The position numbers were made by a program, and so were the translations under genes. The notes beneath the pieces are model-generated. The model saw only the letters and a list, made by a program, of their open reading frames with translations, had not been told where the DNA came from and did no database searches. From NCBI GenBank assembly GCA_965209055.1, contig OZ242374.1, positions 416,001 to 480,000 of the forward strand: a stretch of 64,000 bases of DNA, given 5' to 3'. Below are positions 46,901 to 55,624 of this stretch, in pieces (the stretch's first letter is position 1; each line of letters begins with the position of its first letter). This DNA is from Acidobacteriota bacterium (GTDB lineage: Bacteria > Acidobacteriota > UBA6911 > RPQK01 > JAJDTT01).

Positions 46901-47326
46901 GGCACCTTCCAAACCGGAGCGTTTCTGACCCCCAGAGACATCTTCAATGCCTCAAATGCCGGGGGAACGCGACCCAACCTGCTGCGCAATCCCAACGACC
47001 TGGGTCACTCGTCCCGGGATCAGATGATCAACCAGTTCTTCCACACCGGCGACAGGTACTTCGCACGGACCGCCCCGTTCACTTTCGGCAATGCCGGAAC
47101 GGGGACGATCGTGGGGCCGGGACTGCAGCTTTGGGACATTTCACTTTACAAGGACTTCTACGTGGCTGAAGAACAGCGGGTGCAGTTCCGCGTCGAGTTC
47201 TTCAACGCCTTCAACCATGTGAATTTCGGCAATCCCAATACCAGCTTCGGCTCGGCGGCGTTCGGAACCATCCGCAGCGCCGGCGACGCCCGGCAGGTCC
47301 AGTTCGGCCTGCGCTACGACTTTTAG
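43940..47326 (+). CDS. TonB-dependent receptor, Oar-like
   Basis: ILGTITDQTGAV.PG, LPLNGRQF.QL..LTPGV, IQEFKIQTN, FLQDDW, LNLGVRYE, terminal RQVQFGLRYDF. Confidence 0.93.
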   Translation: MKIRNTRSLGLLAVAFAFGLALTTVTVAQVSKGVILGTITDQTGAVMPGAEVEVAATGTGVTRLMVTGEDGNYRIVNLDPGEYSVRALLPGFKPKTVQGIILQVDQRARIDVELEVGEVADEVTVQGVTPIIATDQATVGEVIEREKVLELPLNGRQFLQLAELTPGVQRTTVGYMEYSGGSISANGMSDHSNNTMVDGVMNQESGAARMNFSPSIDLIQEFKIQTNVYDAEFGRSGGAQINIVTKRGSLDYHGALYMFHRNDNHEARNFFARRIPEFRRSQFGGSFGGHIPGSEDDFFFFNYEGQRAARGLTVPISVPPADIRNGDFSSLLAPGTNCMDHSNNKGCIYDPATLDPATGTRQPFPNNIIPNDRITQQAKFINQFFPNPTSAGFSGNYVASPDRIRDKDQYSIRYDRDFSDSDSITFRFTYQDRKFLEPQPRGSTTPLVGFRQNQDLNGENHKLGWTHTFSPTTINSFNFGFSQYHQIRDNETTLPDLYVQGGSRGAVTGPEFFEGAGITGVAPDRQKAGIPTINISGWRTIADDTFAPLDNPYNNYVYSNTLNKVQGNHSWKVGIEVIRNAMDMAFEANSRGIISFSPRFSVASVGAPGDQFNAWADYLLGAVTSSGINGALLQLNTKQTWWMFFLQDDWHVHPDLTLNLGVRYEIWQRPYDAENRITGIDIASGQWVFAESIPTLPGTPPNAVTNDEFNYDRSLQKVGGAEMNDWGPRVGFAWRLFGDNKTVLRGGYGVFYSWQVLDIPITMGLGRPWVPPTSISSDRDVPAISFGSPFGTTVVPATGGRGLIRDNRTPYLQQYSLSLDRELLPSMGVEVAYVGNAGRKNVFNFGLNNPYPGPEPTAERRALCRNAGICDLSGISGPVNWGTSNYNALQVKLRKEMGPDGLMLLGAYSWGKVLGTSIAGPQLWEGQPIRDWNRNWKADTGPTRYDTRHLASISWVYQLPFGRGRPLGGDIGRTADLIFGGWKLGGIGTFQTGAFLTPRDIFNASNAGGTRPNLLRNPNDLGHSSRDQMINQFFHTGDRYFARTAPFTFGNAGTGTIVGPGLQLWDISLYKDFYVAEEQRVQFRVEFFNAFNHVNFGNPNTSFGSAAFGTIRSAGDARQVQFGLRYDF

Positions 47327-48266
47327 GAGGGGCTTTTTTGCTACCGCCCCGTCTCCACTATTGCGGTCAGCAAGCGTAGAGGGGGGACTGCCGTCCCCTA
47401 TACGATTGTAATCTACTAAGTATCTGATAATAATAAATTTATGATCTATTCTCCCGATCTGATTACCTCATTGAATCCCACCTTCTAAACGGGATTCCAT
47501 TCGACCCTATTGGAGGTCCGTGGACTCCATGGACGTACGCGTTCGGTCAAGCCGTGGAAGAGTTTCGAGCCTCGACTCCAATGTTTGAAGAGCCTGCGCG
47601 CTCCAGGAACAGGCGGCGTACAGTCGGAGCCGACCGGATCCGTTCGGCCAGTACTTGCTAACGACGTATACTCCGCCGATGATCCTTCACCTTATAGATA
47701 GATGCCCATGCATCTCCACCCTTCTGGATCCGGGTTCTTCGCCGTGGGGCGAATCGTACCACGGCTCCAGGGAATCGACATAAGCGGTCAGGTCCTACAG
47801 GACGAAGCCACGGCGATGACTTTTGCCGCTATTTTGGGGCCAACCCCTCCAAGGCGGGTGAAAAAACTGTCGTCAACGACTTTCGCAGAAAGCCGCTACG
47901 CGAGTTGAAGAAGATCGAAGAGACGCGGCTGGGACTCAACTACAATCTGGCGCGGGGCGTCCTCATTGTCGAGCCATCGGCGCCGTCCGTTCCCGTCCTC
48001 ACCGAGTAGGCGGCGCGGTTCTTTCCACACCCCCAGGGGCTTTTCCATGCACAAACGCGTAGGAGGTCTCATCAAAACGACCGTACAATCTCGTAGAGTT
48101 TTCTTCATATAGTTGAGAACCAGTTGTTAGTTACAAGTGGAGCGACCTTGATGTGGAAACCGACAGGAGGGGAATCTGGACTCGGACCCGGAGCCAGCAA
48201 GGTAGCGGCGGCTCATTCCTCAAAGGCGAGTTGGACGGCAGGGGGCAACAAACTGGCGGGAGCAAG

Positions 48267-49370
48267 ATGCACCCGAAACTGAAAGAAATTCTCTTACCTG
48301 CTTACCAGTGTGTTGGATTTACCGGCACCTGTACTTCATTGATGCAGTGGGCTCCACACCTGGGGCATGTGCCGAGAGGATTCTACGGAGCGACGGGAGA
48401 TTTGGAGGAAGTCACCTTGGTTCTGGTTCTGGCAGAACCGGGGAATCCCAGCCCCGATCCAGGACCAGAAGAATGCTATTCTGACGTTGACTCCGCGTTT
48501 GCCTTCACCGGACACTGCTTCCTGACTGCCGGTGGTCAGGGACACGAAAACGTACGGAATCTCATCTGTAGATGCTTCCCTGGATTGTCCTTGGTGAACG
48601 CCATGCGGAAGGTTTGGATTACTGAATCGGTGCTGTGCTCTGCTCCCTCCCCAGGAGCTACTGTCGGAGTTGACATCGAGCGCTTCTGTGCAGAGCGGTT
48701 TCTCCTGAGTCAGTTACGCTTGTTCCCACTAGCCACGATAGCGGCCATGGGTTCCAAGGCCATGGCTCGGCTCACACGGTACCAGGCCCAAATCCCCAAC
48801 CGAATCGTGAAGTGTGGTGCAGTCTTTCCTCCAGGATGCAACTTCAAATCCACCAGAGATAGTTGGGACAGGCTTGTAGAAATTGTCACCGAACAGGGCA
48901 AAGGAGAGTCTGCTCGTGGGGAGGAGTACCCAGTAAAGTTGAGATCTTCCCCTCCGCGCCGCCGGGGGCTCGGATCTCGTGCCGAAAGACGAGCAAGTGC
49001 ACCACGACCCGGACCGATTCCGCATTGGGAAAACGATCTGAGCCTACTGAAGCACCTGATCGAGATTATTCGGTCCGAGTTGCCGCCTGATTGTCAAACT
49101 ACGTGCATCACTCCGACCAAGAAGAGAGTGAGCTTGGATATCCCCTATCCGTTCTCCCGGCTGACCAACTCGCGGAAGTTGGTCAAGATGTTCGTCCGCC
49201 CAACGCAAGGTGTCCATGTCATGGTGCCACCGGACCTAGACCTGGAAAGTCGAGGCTGGGATCTTCACGAGAAGCAGGACAGTGCGGGAGATCAGAAACT
49301 TCTCTTCCCCTTCAATAAGGCTGAAACGTTGGCCAGAAAGCTGGGAAAGGATTTGGCCACGTTCCTTTGA
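48267..49370 (+). CDS. Uracil-DNA glycosylase-like fold protein with extra C-terminal domain
   Basis: LVLAEPG, WITESVLC, C..RFL..QL and IAAMG..A align by eye to family 4/5 UDG motifs. Cys positions fit an Fe-S cluster. The canonical HP motif is replaced by VFPP. Confidence 0.55.
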   Translation: MHPKLKEILLPAYQCVGFTGTCTSLMQWAPHLGHVPRGFYGATGDLEEVTLVLVLAEPGNPSPDPGPEECYSDVDSAFAFTGHCFLTAGGQGHENVRNLICRCFPGLSLVNAMRKVWITESVLCSAPSPGATVGVDIERFCAERFLLSQLRLFPLATIAAMGSKAMARLTRYQAQIPNRIVKCGAVFPPGCNFKSTRDSWDRLVEIVTEQGKGESARGEEYPVKLRSSPPRRRGLGSRAERRASAPRPGPIPHWENDLSLLKHLIEIIRSELPPDCQTTCITPTKKRVSLDIPYPFSRLTNSRKLVKMFVRPTQGVHVMVPPDLDLESRGWDLHEKQDSAGDQKLLFPFNKAETLARKLGKDLATFL

Positions 49371-49473
49371 GGATCAGTCCGGCGCCTGGTGACTTGAGAC
49401 GCCACCGGAGCCGACATTCGAGCCGCCGCTTCGAGGATTCCTTCGATCTGGAGAGATTTGTATCATGGGCTGC

Positions 49474-51327
49474 ATGAAAATGCCTGTGAAATACATCGTA
49501 CTGGTCACTCTGATCTCCACTGGTCTTGCGTCGGAGCAAAACCCAATCGACTTTGGTCGTCCCTCGCACGTTGTCGGCGGAGAGAGCGTTACCGGTGGCG
49601 AATTCCCCTTCGTGGCGAAAATCATCTATTACGGCAGCAGCGTCGGCTGCACCGGCAGTCTCATTGCTCCCAACAGGGTACTCACCGCCGGACACTGTGT
49701 GGTGGATTGGAGAACACGAACGCTTTCCGTAGGATTTGGATCATCGCGGTCGGCGGGATCCAGTTTCAAAGTCACTCGTAGAATATGGCACCCAGAATAT
49801 TCAGTTCAAGAGTACGATATCGCGATTCTTGAGTTCGAGCCGCCCGTTTCAATCCAGCCCGTTCGCGTGCTGTCTTTCGAGGACGAGCTGCAATATGCCC
49901 CCAGTGGAGGGCAAGGAATGGCTGTGGGCTGGGGCCGGACGGTCTCCGGCGACCCGGATTCGTTGCCCGCTAGGTTGCACAAGGTTTCGGTGCCGATCTA
50001 CACGCAGGCAGACTACTAACGGATATTGAACGAGCTGCGCGATCAAGGGAAAGATCCACAGCCGCCATCCATCCATGAATTGATCCTCTGCGCCGGTCAG
50101 GAGAATCAGGCTCCTGCGCACGGTGACAGTGGTGGGCCGCTGTTGGTACCAACCCCCGAAGGTTGGGCACAGGTAGGAGTCTTATCGCAGGCGACACAGA
50201 ATCGACAACAGACGATCTACTACATGGGGCAATATACTCGTACGTCTTTCTTATACGACTGGATATTCCCCTCGGATGTTGGGGATCAACCCGAGGACCC
50301 ACCCGAGGACCCACCTGAGACAATCGATCCCTATCGCATCCACTTTGCCCATTTCGGCACTGGCGATGGACTGGAAACCGATTTGTTGCTGCTGAATCCG
50401 CAGTCGGATGTCGCGGTCGAAGCTTCAGTGGAAGTGTTCAGCACGGACGGTACATTGCTTTTTCCGACTCGTCAGGTCGCCGCTCCACCGGCAGGGATGG
50501 TGGAATGGACGCTCCCTGTCGGTGACGAACTTGAAACAGGAAGCATCGTGGTGACGTCGCCTGCAAGGCTGTCGGGAGTCCTGCGGTTCAGATACAGCGA
50601 TGGCGGCGCCACTGCCATCAGTGCGACGCCGTTGGGGAGCAGTTTTGTTGTTCCCGTTAGTAACCAAGCCGAGCGTATCGGATTGGCCATACGAAATGCT
50701 GACGCTGAAGCTCTTGACGTAGCGCTCAAGTTGGGAACGCTTCCGAGAGTCTTCAAGACCATCCCTGGCGAGGGCCAAATCGCCGCCTTCATCGACGAGT
50801 ATTTCCCAAGTCAAACCGACCAGGAACTTGAAGGAACTCTACTCGTGCAGACGGAACCGCCAGAAGGCGAAATCACCGTATTGGCGTTAGAGTTTGTTGG
50901 TGACTCATTGGTGACATTACCTGCGACGGTATTGACAACTCCGATCATGGATAATCAACGAAAATTCAGCGATGGGGAGTCAACGGCGACTATCGAGTAC
51001 GAGCTTGATGCCGCCAAGGGGGAAGCCAAAATGGAGGCCGTTATCGTCAATAACGGTCCCACGCAAGCGTTCACTGTATATTGGCGACCCATCGACGCCG
51101 ATTGCAATTCAACTCACCCGGGTGGTGGTTGGTGGTCGGTGATGTATGAAAAGTCTGTCAGCGGTGGGTCTACGCAGACGTTCACTCTGAACACGAGTGG
51201 AGACAGGAGCTACCCGATCTCTGCGAATACGAAATGGTTGGAATGGTGGGTCCGGACAGCGAAGGAGCGGGAATGGGAGAATCTGGAACCTAAGACGAAG
51301 TGCGAGAAGCCATTCCGAGGACTGTGA
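49474..51327 (+). pseudogene. Secreted trypsin-like (S1) protease with surface-type C-terminal domains, interrupted by an in-frame TAA at 50017-50019
   Basis: VVGG, CTGSLI, LTAGHC, YDIAIL and GWG precede the stop. GDSGGP follows in the same frame. Confidence 0.85.
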
Positions 51328-51494
51328 GATCAGACCGACTATTCCCGCGAGTCAAAGCTCTCCTTCCGCCCCCTGGCGCGAAGACTTCCGCAGGCCTTCG
51401 CAGAATCGGTTTCTGGTGCGACGTGTGGACTTCCGATTCAAGGAACCGGATCGACTCTTGTCGTCGCTCCCTTTCCATAGAGAGGTGCTAGCGC

Positions 51495-51750
51495 CTATTC
51501 TGCTGTATGGAGATCCTCTCCACCAAATTGCGGCTGGCGCGCCGTCGGTGCCGGTCGTAGATCTGGGTGTTGTGGGGATGGGCGCGCCCGGACAGGTACT
51601 GGATGTCCCCGAGCGGGTCGTTCTGACTCTACAGATCCGTCACCACTAGGTAGTGGAATGGTGGGGTGGGAGGATCTTCGGCAACCTAGCGACCTTGAGC
51701 CAGCGCTTAAACATCTGCTCCACGGCGAGTGGTGAAAACAACGGTCGGAT
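51495..51750 (-). pseudogene. Decayed C-terminal remnant of an XerC/D-like tyrosine recombinase
   Basis: QMFKRWLKVARLPKILPPH, then after a frameshift VVTDL*SQNDPLGDIQYLSGRAHPHNTQIYDRHRRRASRNLVERIS (catalytic Tyr region). Confidence 0.7.
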
Positions 51751-51751
51751 A

Positions 51752-52062
51752 GCCTTCCCGCAGGGATATTTTGGAAGGGAGCGACCCCCCCAGGGGGTGT
51801 GGCGCAGACGTAAATTGCGCCACACCCCCGCGCCCGCACCGGGCAGGAAAAAGGGGGGGTCGCTCCCTTCCACCTCCGCTTTCCCCGTGCGGGCACGGCG
51901 GAGCCGAAAACATGGCCGTAACAGCATGAGCGACAAAGAGATCGGGGAAATCGCGTGTGTAAGTTGGCAGACTCCCATGATGTAAGTTGCCCCCGTTGTC
52001 TCCCTTACACTCCCGGATCGACACGGTGGGGCGCTCTGTACCCGTCAAAATGAGCTCCCCGG
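51752..52062 (-). other. Structured non-coding element copy A (oriT-like)
   Basis: Perfect 20 bp IR 51772-51791/51853-51872 enclosing a perfect 14 bp IR 51793-51806/51816-51829. ATCCCTG next to the stem. TGTAAG motifs at 51958, 51981 and inverted at 52004. Confidence 0.65.
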
Positions 52063-52079
52063 CAAGCGTGTCGCCCGCC

Positions 52080-52262
52080 ACGAGAGCGTCGCGAACGTCG
52101 TCGTCGATCTCCACGCCGGCGGCGCGATCTTCCGCCCCTGGTCGCCACTCGATGGCCGGTCTCAGCGAGGCCCTGACGCTGCCATAGCCGTCGAATCGGC
52201 CCGCGTCCCTTTCAGCACACCCCGCATTTCTGGAAGAAGATTGCCTGTTCAATCCGCCAGAT
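52080..52262 (-). pseudogene. Possible decayed C-terminal remnant of a gene like the C-domain of 61528-63492
   Basis: RIEQAI ... FDGYGSVRASLRPAIE ... GVEIDD resembles IIGQAV ... LARYGGFLNAL ... RIRIDR. Same position relative to the element as the intact gene is to copy C. Confidence 0.35.
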
Positions 52263-52375
52263 CACTCCGTCCAGCCATGGGGCCGTCCACAGACGCTTGT
52301 ACGAGCACTGGCACGCGGCGGCTTGCCCACCGCGCCGTTCCGTGCCGCAGCGCCACGCGCTCAGGCGATCCAGAC

Positions 52376-52686
52376 GCCTTCCCGGCAGGGATCATTGGGA
52401 CGGGAGCGACCCCCCGAGGCGATGGCACGGAGAGTGCCCATCAGCCTGCCCCGCTTTGCCGATCCGGGAGGCAAAAAAGGGGGGTCGCTCCCGTCCACCT
52501 CCGCTTTCCCCGAGCGGCACCGCCGAGCCGCGAGGCGAGCCGTAACCCGAACGAGGACAGCAAGTTAGAGGAAAGTCGCCGTGCACGGCGAAGAGCCCTC
52601 ATGGTGCACATGCCCTCCGTTGTCTCATGTGCACTCCCCGAGCGGCACGGAACCCCACTTTTCAGCGGTCAAGATCGACCTCCCGG
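52376..52686 (-). other. Structured non-coding element copy B (oriT-like)
   Basis: Perfect 18 bp IR 52398-52415/52479-52496 with different inner stems. ATCCCTG next to the stem. GTGCAC at 52581, 52604 and 52629. Confidence 0.65.
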
Positions 52687-52740
52687 AATCCGGCTCGAAC
52701 CCCAGATCACGAAGCCTGCCGGGAGAACCACCACGGCGGA

Positions 52741-53976
52741 TCAACGGAGCCGGCCGGCCACCCGTTCCGGACTCTCGCCAGCCAGATAGCTCGCCCAGTC
52801 CTCCATGAGCCGACGCCGACGCTCGAACAGGTCCGTGCGCCGGTACGCCGCCTCGACCTTGTTCTTCACCACATGCGCCAGCGCCGCCTCGACCACCTCG
52901 CGTGGATGATCCGTCTCCTCGGCCGCCCAGTCCCGGAAACTCGACCGGAACCCGTGCGGCACGGCGGCGATCCCGTTCCGGCGCAGCAGCTTGCGCAACC
53001 GGCCGGAGCCGAGCGGCTTTCCGCCCCTTCGGGCGAAGATCAACCGGGTGGCTCCATGATCCAGCGTGCGTGCCTTCTCCAGGATCTCATTCGCCCGGCG
53101 GCACAAAGGCACCCGGTGCGCCCGTTTGGTCTTCATGCGCATTCCGGGAACCGTCCACGTCCTTTGCGCCGGATCGATCTCCGGCCACTCGGCCCACCGC
53201 ACCTCGCCCCACCTCGCCGCCGTGAGCACCAGGAACTCGAAGGCCAGCAGGGACACGGGCATCGCGTTGGAGGCCCGCACCTTCCGGAGGGCCGCCCCCA
53301 CCTCGCGATGCGGCAAGGCCGGCATGTGCCGCACCACGTCGTCCTGTGCTCCGAGCACCGACACGACCCGGTCGCAGGGGTTGTCGGTCCGGTATTCCAT
53401 CGCCACGGCCCACTCCAGGACCGTGCGGAGGCGCTGACGCACGGTCCGGGCCGTGCGCGACTTCACGTGCCAGATGGGCACGAGGATCTCCAGGACGTCG
53501 CCGCTGGTCACCTCCGAGACCGGCATCCGGCCGATGTGAGGAAAGGCGTAGCGTCGAAAGCTCGCCATCCAGTCGTGGGCCTGCCTCTGATTGCGCCAGC
53601 CGGCCCGCTTCTGCTCCACCACCCGCTCGGCGGCTTCGGCGAAGGTCGGCATGTTGCGCGTGCGTCGTCTCTCGGTCAGGGGATCTCCACCCTCGCGGGC
53701 CAGCTTGCGGTTGGCCCGCGCCTTCTCGCGGGCCTCGGCCAGGGACACCAGTGCCACACCGCCGAGTCCGAAGTCGCGGCGGCGGCCGCGGATGACGAGG
53801 CGTTGGATCCAGCTTCGTGCTCCGTTAGGCTTGACGAAGAGGTAGAGTCCGTTGCCGTCGCAGTGTTTGCCCGGTGGGGCGGAGCGCACGAAAGCGGCGG
53901 AGAGCGCCTTGTGGGGGTGGCGGCCCTTCGGCTTGGTCTTCCGGGGCAAAAGGGGAGCACTGATTACATCACCCAT
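52741..53976 (-). CDS. P4-like tyrosine integrase with arm DNA-binding (DUF4102-like) domain
   Basis: DGNGLYL.V...G.RSW, GLG....VSLAEAR, LTAARWGE, HRVPL, HGFRSSFRDW, LAH, AAY.R. Catalytic residues intact. Confidence 0.95.
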   Translation of the reverse strand: MGDVISAPLLPRKTKPKGRHPHKALSAAFVRSAPPGKHCDGNGLYLFVKPNGARSWIQRLVIRGRRRDFGLGGVALVSLAEAREKARANRKLAREGGDPLTERRRTRNMPTFAEAAERVVEQKRAGWRNQRQAHDWMASFRRYAFPHIGRMPVSEVTSGDVLEILVPIWHVKSRTARTVRQRLRTVLEWAVAMEYRTDNPCDRVVSVLGAQDDVVRHMPALPHREVGAALRKVRASNAMPVSLLAFEFLVLTAARWGEVRWAEWPEIDPAQRTWTVPGMRMKTKRAHRVPLCRRANEILEKARTLDHGATRLIFARRGGKPLGSGRLRKLLRRNGIAAVPHGFRSSFRDWAAEETDHPREVVEAALAHVVKNKVEAAYRRTDLFERRRRLMEDWASYLAGESPERVAGRLR

Positions 53977-54147
53977 TACACCATAATAAACGGGATGGAG
54001 ATGGATATCAAGGGACGTCAGGGGAGGAAGAAACGGGGTGAGAACAGGTCTAAACTAAAGAAAAACAACCACTTAAAATATATTCCGGGATCTCTTGGGA
54101 TATCTCTGGATTCAATGGGTGTGTTGCCGTCCCCCCTACCCCCCTGT

Positions 54148-54176
54148 CGGCGGTAGGAAAGTCGCCGCTCCCCTAC
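54148..54176. repeat. GTAG-type REP palindrome
   Basis: Reverse complement reads GTAGGGGAGCGGCGACTTTCCTACCGCCG. Confidence 0.7.
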
Positions 54177-55624
54177 GCCATTATTTCGGTGACGGCGTGT
54201 CCGTGGACGTCGGTCAGGCGGCGTTCGATGCCGTTGTGGTAGTAGGTGAGGCGTCTATGGTCGATCCCCAGCAGGTGAAGGACCGTGGCGTGGTAGTCGT
54301 AGATGGTGACCGGGCTCTCCGCCGGCTTGTAGCCCAGCTCGTCTGAAGCTCCATAGATGAACCCCGGCTTGAGGCCGGCCCCGGCCAGCCAGCAGGTGAA
54401 GCACTCGGGGTGATGGTCCCGTCCCAGGGCGCCTCCCTGGGCCACGGGCGTCCGGCCGAACTCGGTCACCCCCAAGACGAGCGTGTCCTCCAGCATGCCG
54501 CGCGAATCCAGGTCCTGGAGCAGGCCGGCGACGGGACGATCGTACTCCAGCGCCATCTTGGTGTGGTTTTTCTCCAGTCTGCCATGGGCATCCCAGCTGT
54601 TTCCCGGGCCGCCGTTGTAAACCTGGACGAATCGAACTCCGCGCTCCAGCAGGCGGCGCGCCAGCAGACAGCGGCGGCCGAACGCTTCGGTTTCTTTCGC
54701 GTCCAGGCCGTAGAGTCGGCGGGTGCTCTCGCTTTCCCGCTCGATATCGGCAATTTCAGGGACGCTCAACTGCATCCGCGCCGCCAGCTCGTAGGATTTG
54801 AGCCGCGCCTCCAGCGAGCTGTCGCCCGGATGCGCTTGCTGGTAGACGCGATTCATGCGTGTCAGCCACTTCAGGCCGGCGCGCCGCTGGGCGGGCGGGA
54901 CAGATTCGGGAGTGGTCAGATCATGCAGTGCATCGCCGGACGTGCGAAACGGCGTCCCCTGGTGGGAAGCGGGCAAGAAAGAAGCGCCCCACTGCAGAAC
55001 GCCTCCCCAGGGGTGGTCGGCGGGGTCGGGCAGGACGACGAACGCCGGCAGGTCTTCGTTCTCGGTCCCCAGCCCGTAGCTGATCCAGGCCCCCATGCTG
55101 GGAAAGCCGCTCAGCGGAAAACCGGTGTTCATCTGGGCCACCGCCGGCATGTGGTTGGCGCTTTTGGAGACCATGGATTGAATGAGCGTGAGATTGTCGG
55201 CGCACCCGGCCAGATGCGGCAGCAGGCTGCTCACCCAGAGTCCACTCTCGCCGCGCCGGCGGAACTCGAACGGACTCCCGAAAAGGTGGCCGGCCTCTCC
55301 GAAGAACGTGGTCATTTTGAACGGGGTGCCGTTGCGCCTGGTGAGTTCGGGTTTGTAGTCCAACGTGTCGAGGTGGCTCATGCCGCCGAGTGCGAACACC
55401 TGGACGACGCGCTTGGCTCTGGGAGTAAAGTGCGGCAGTTGGCTCGACCCGGAGGCTGGGGCGTTCCCGCGCGCCGCACCCGCGGCCAACGCTTCCCGAT
55501 GGGTCAACCACGAGAGCGCCATCCAGCCGAATCCCGCTCCGGCATCGAAGAGCCATCGGCGGCGGGACAGCGGGCTGAATCGGCGTTGTATTGCTGAGAG
55601 TCCGGCCATACGGCAATCCGTCAA
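54173..55624 (-). CDS. DUF1501 domain protein (sulfatase-like, Tat signal)
   Basis: SRRRWL, GGMSHLD..DYKP, PSMGAW.SYGLG, LARRLLERGVRFVQ, WDAH, EFGRTP, GRDH. Confidence 0.93.
   Translation of the reverse strand: MTDCRMAGLSAIQRRFSPLSRRRWLFDAGAGFGWMALSWLTHREALAAGAARGNAPASGSSQLPHFTPRAKRVVQVFALGGMSHLDTLDYKPELTRRNGTPFKMTTFFGEAGHLFGSPFEFRRRGESGLWVSSLLPHLAGCADNLTLIQSMVSKSANHMPAVAQMNTGFPLSGFPSMGAWISYGLGTENEDLPAFVVLPDPADHPWGGVLQWGASFLPASHQGTPFRTSGDALHDLTTPESVPPAQRRAGLKWLTRMNRVYQQAHPGDSSLEARLKSYELAARMQLSVPEIADIERESESTRRLYGLDAKETEAFGRRCLLARRLLERGVRFVQVYNGGPGNSWDAHGRLEKNHTKMALEYDRPVAGLLQDLDSRGMLEDTLVLGVTEFGRTPVAQGGALGRDHHPECFTCWLAGAGLKPGFIYGASDELGYKPAESPVTIYDYHATVLHLLGIDHRRLTYYHNGIERRLTDVHGHAVTEIMA

Larger units (their letters stand above)
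47389..54134. mobile_element. Integrative element (~6.7 kb) bounded by a TGCCGTCCCC direct repeat
   Basis: Identical 10-mers at 47389-47398 and 54125-54134. AT-rich inner ends and related CTGATTAC(C/A)TCA boxes near both ends (47459, 53960). Integrase start about 150 bp inside the right repeat. Visibly lower GC cargo. Confidence 0.75.

Noticed and set aside
43970-46912. 980-aa antisense ORF and similar long shadow ORFs (7648-9162, 32526-34790, 55591-57411, 61288-63117)
   Set aside because: They lie opposite well-supported genes, have no motifs, and are expected in high-GC DNA.
47470-48150. Short ORFs at the island's left end
   Set aside because: No recognisable motifs and several stops. Possibly decayed DNA, but not callable.
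50017-50019. Programmed readthrough (Sec/Pyl) in the protease
   Set aside because: The stop is TAA, not TGA or TAG, and no recoding signal is visible.
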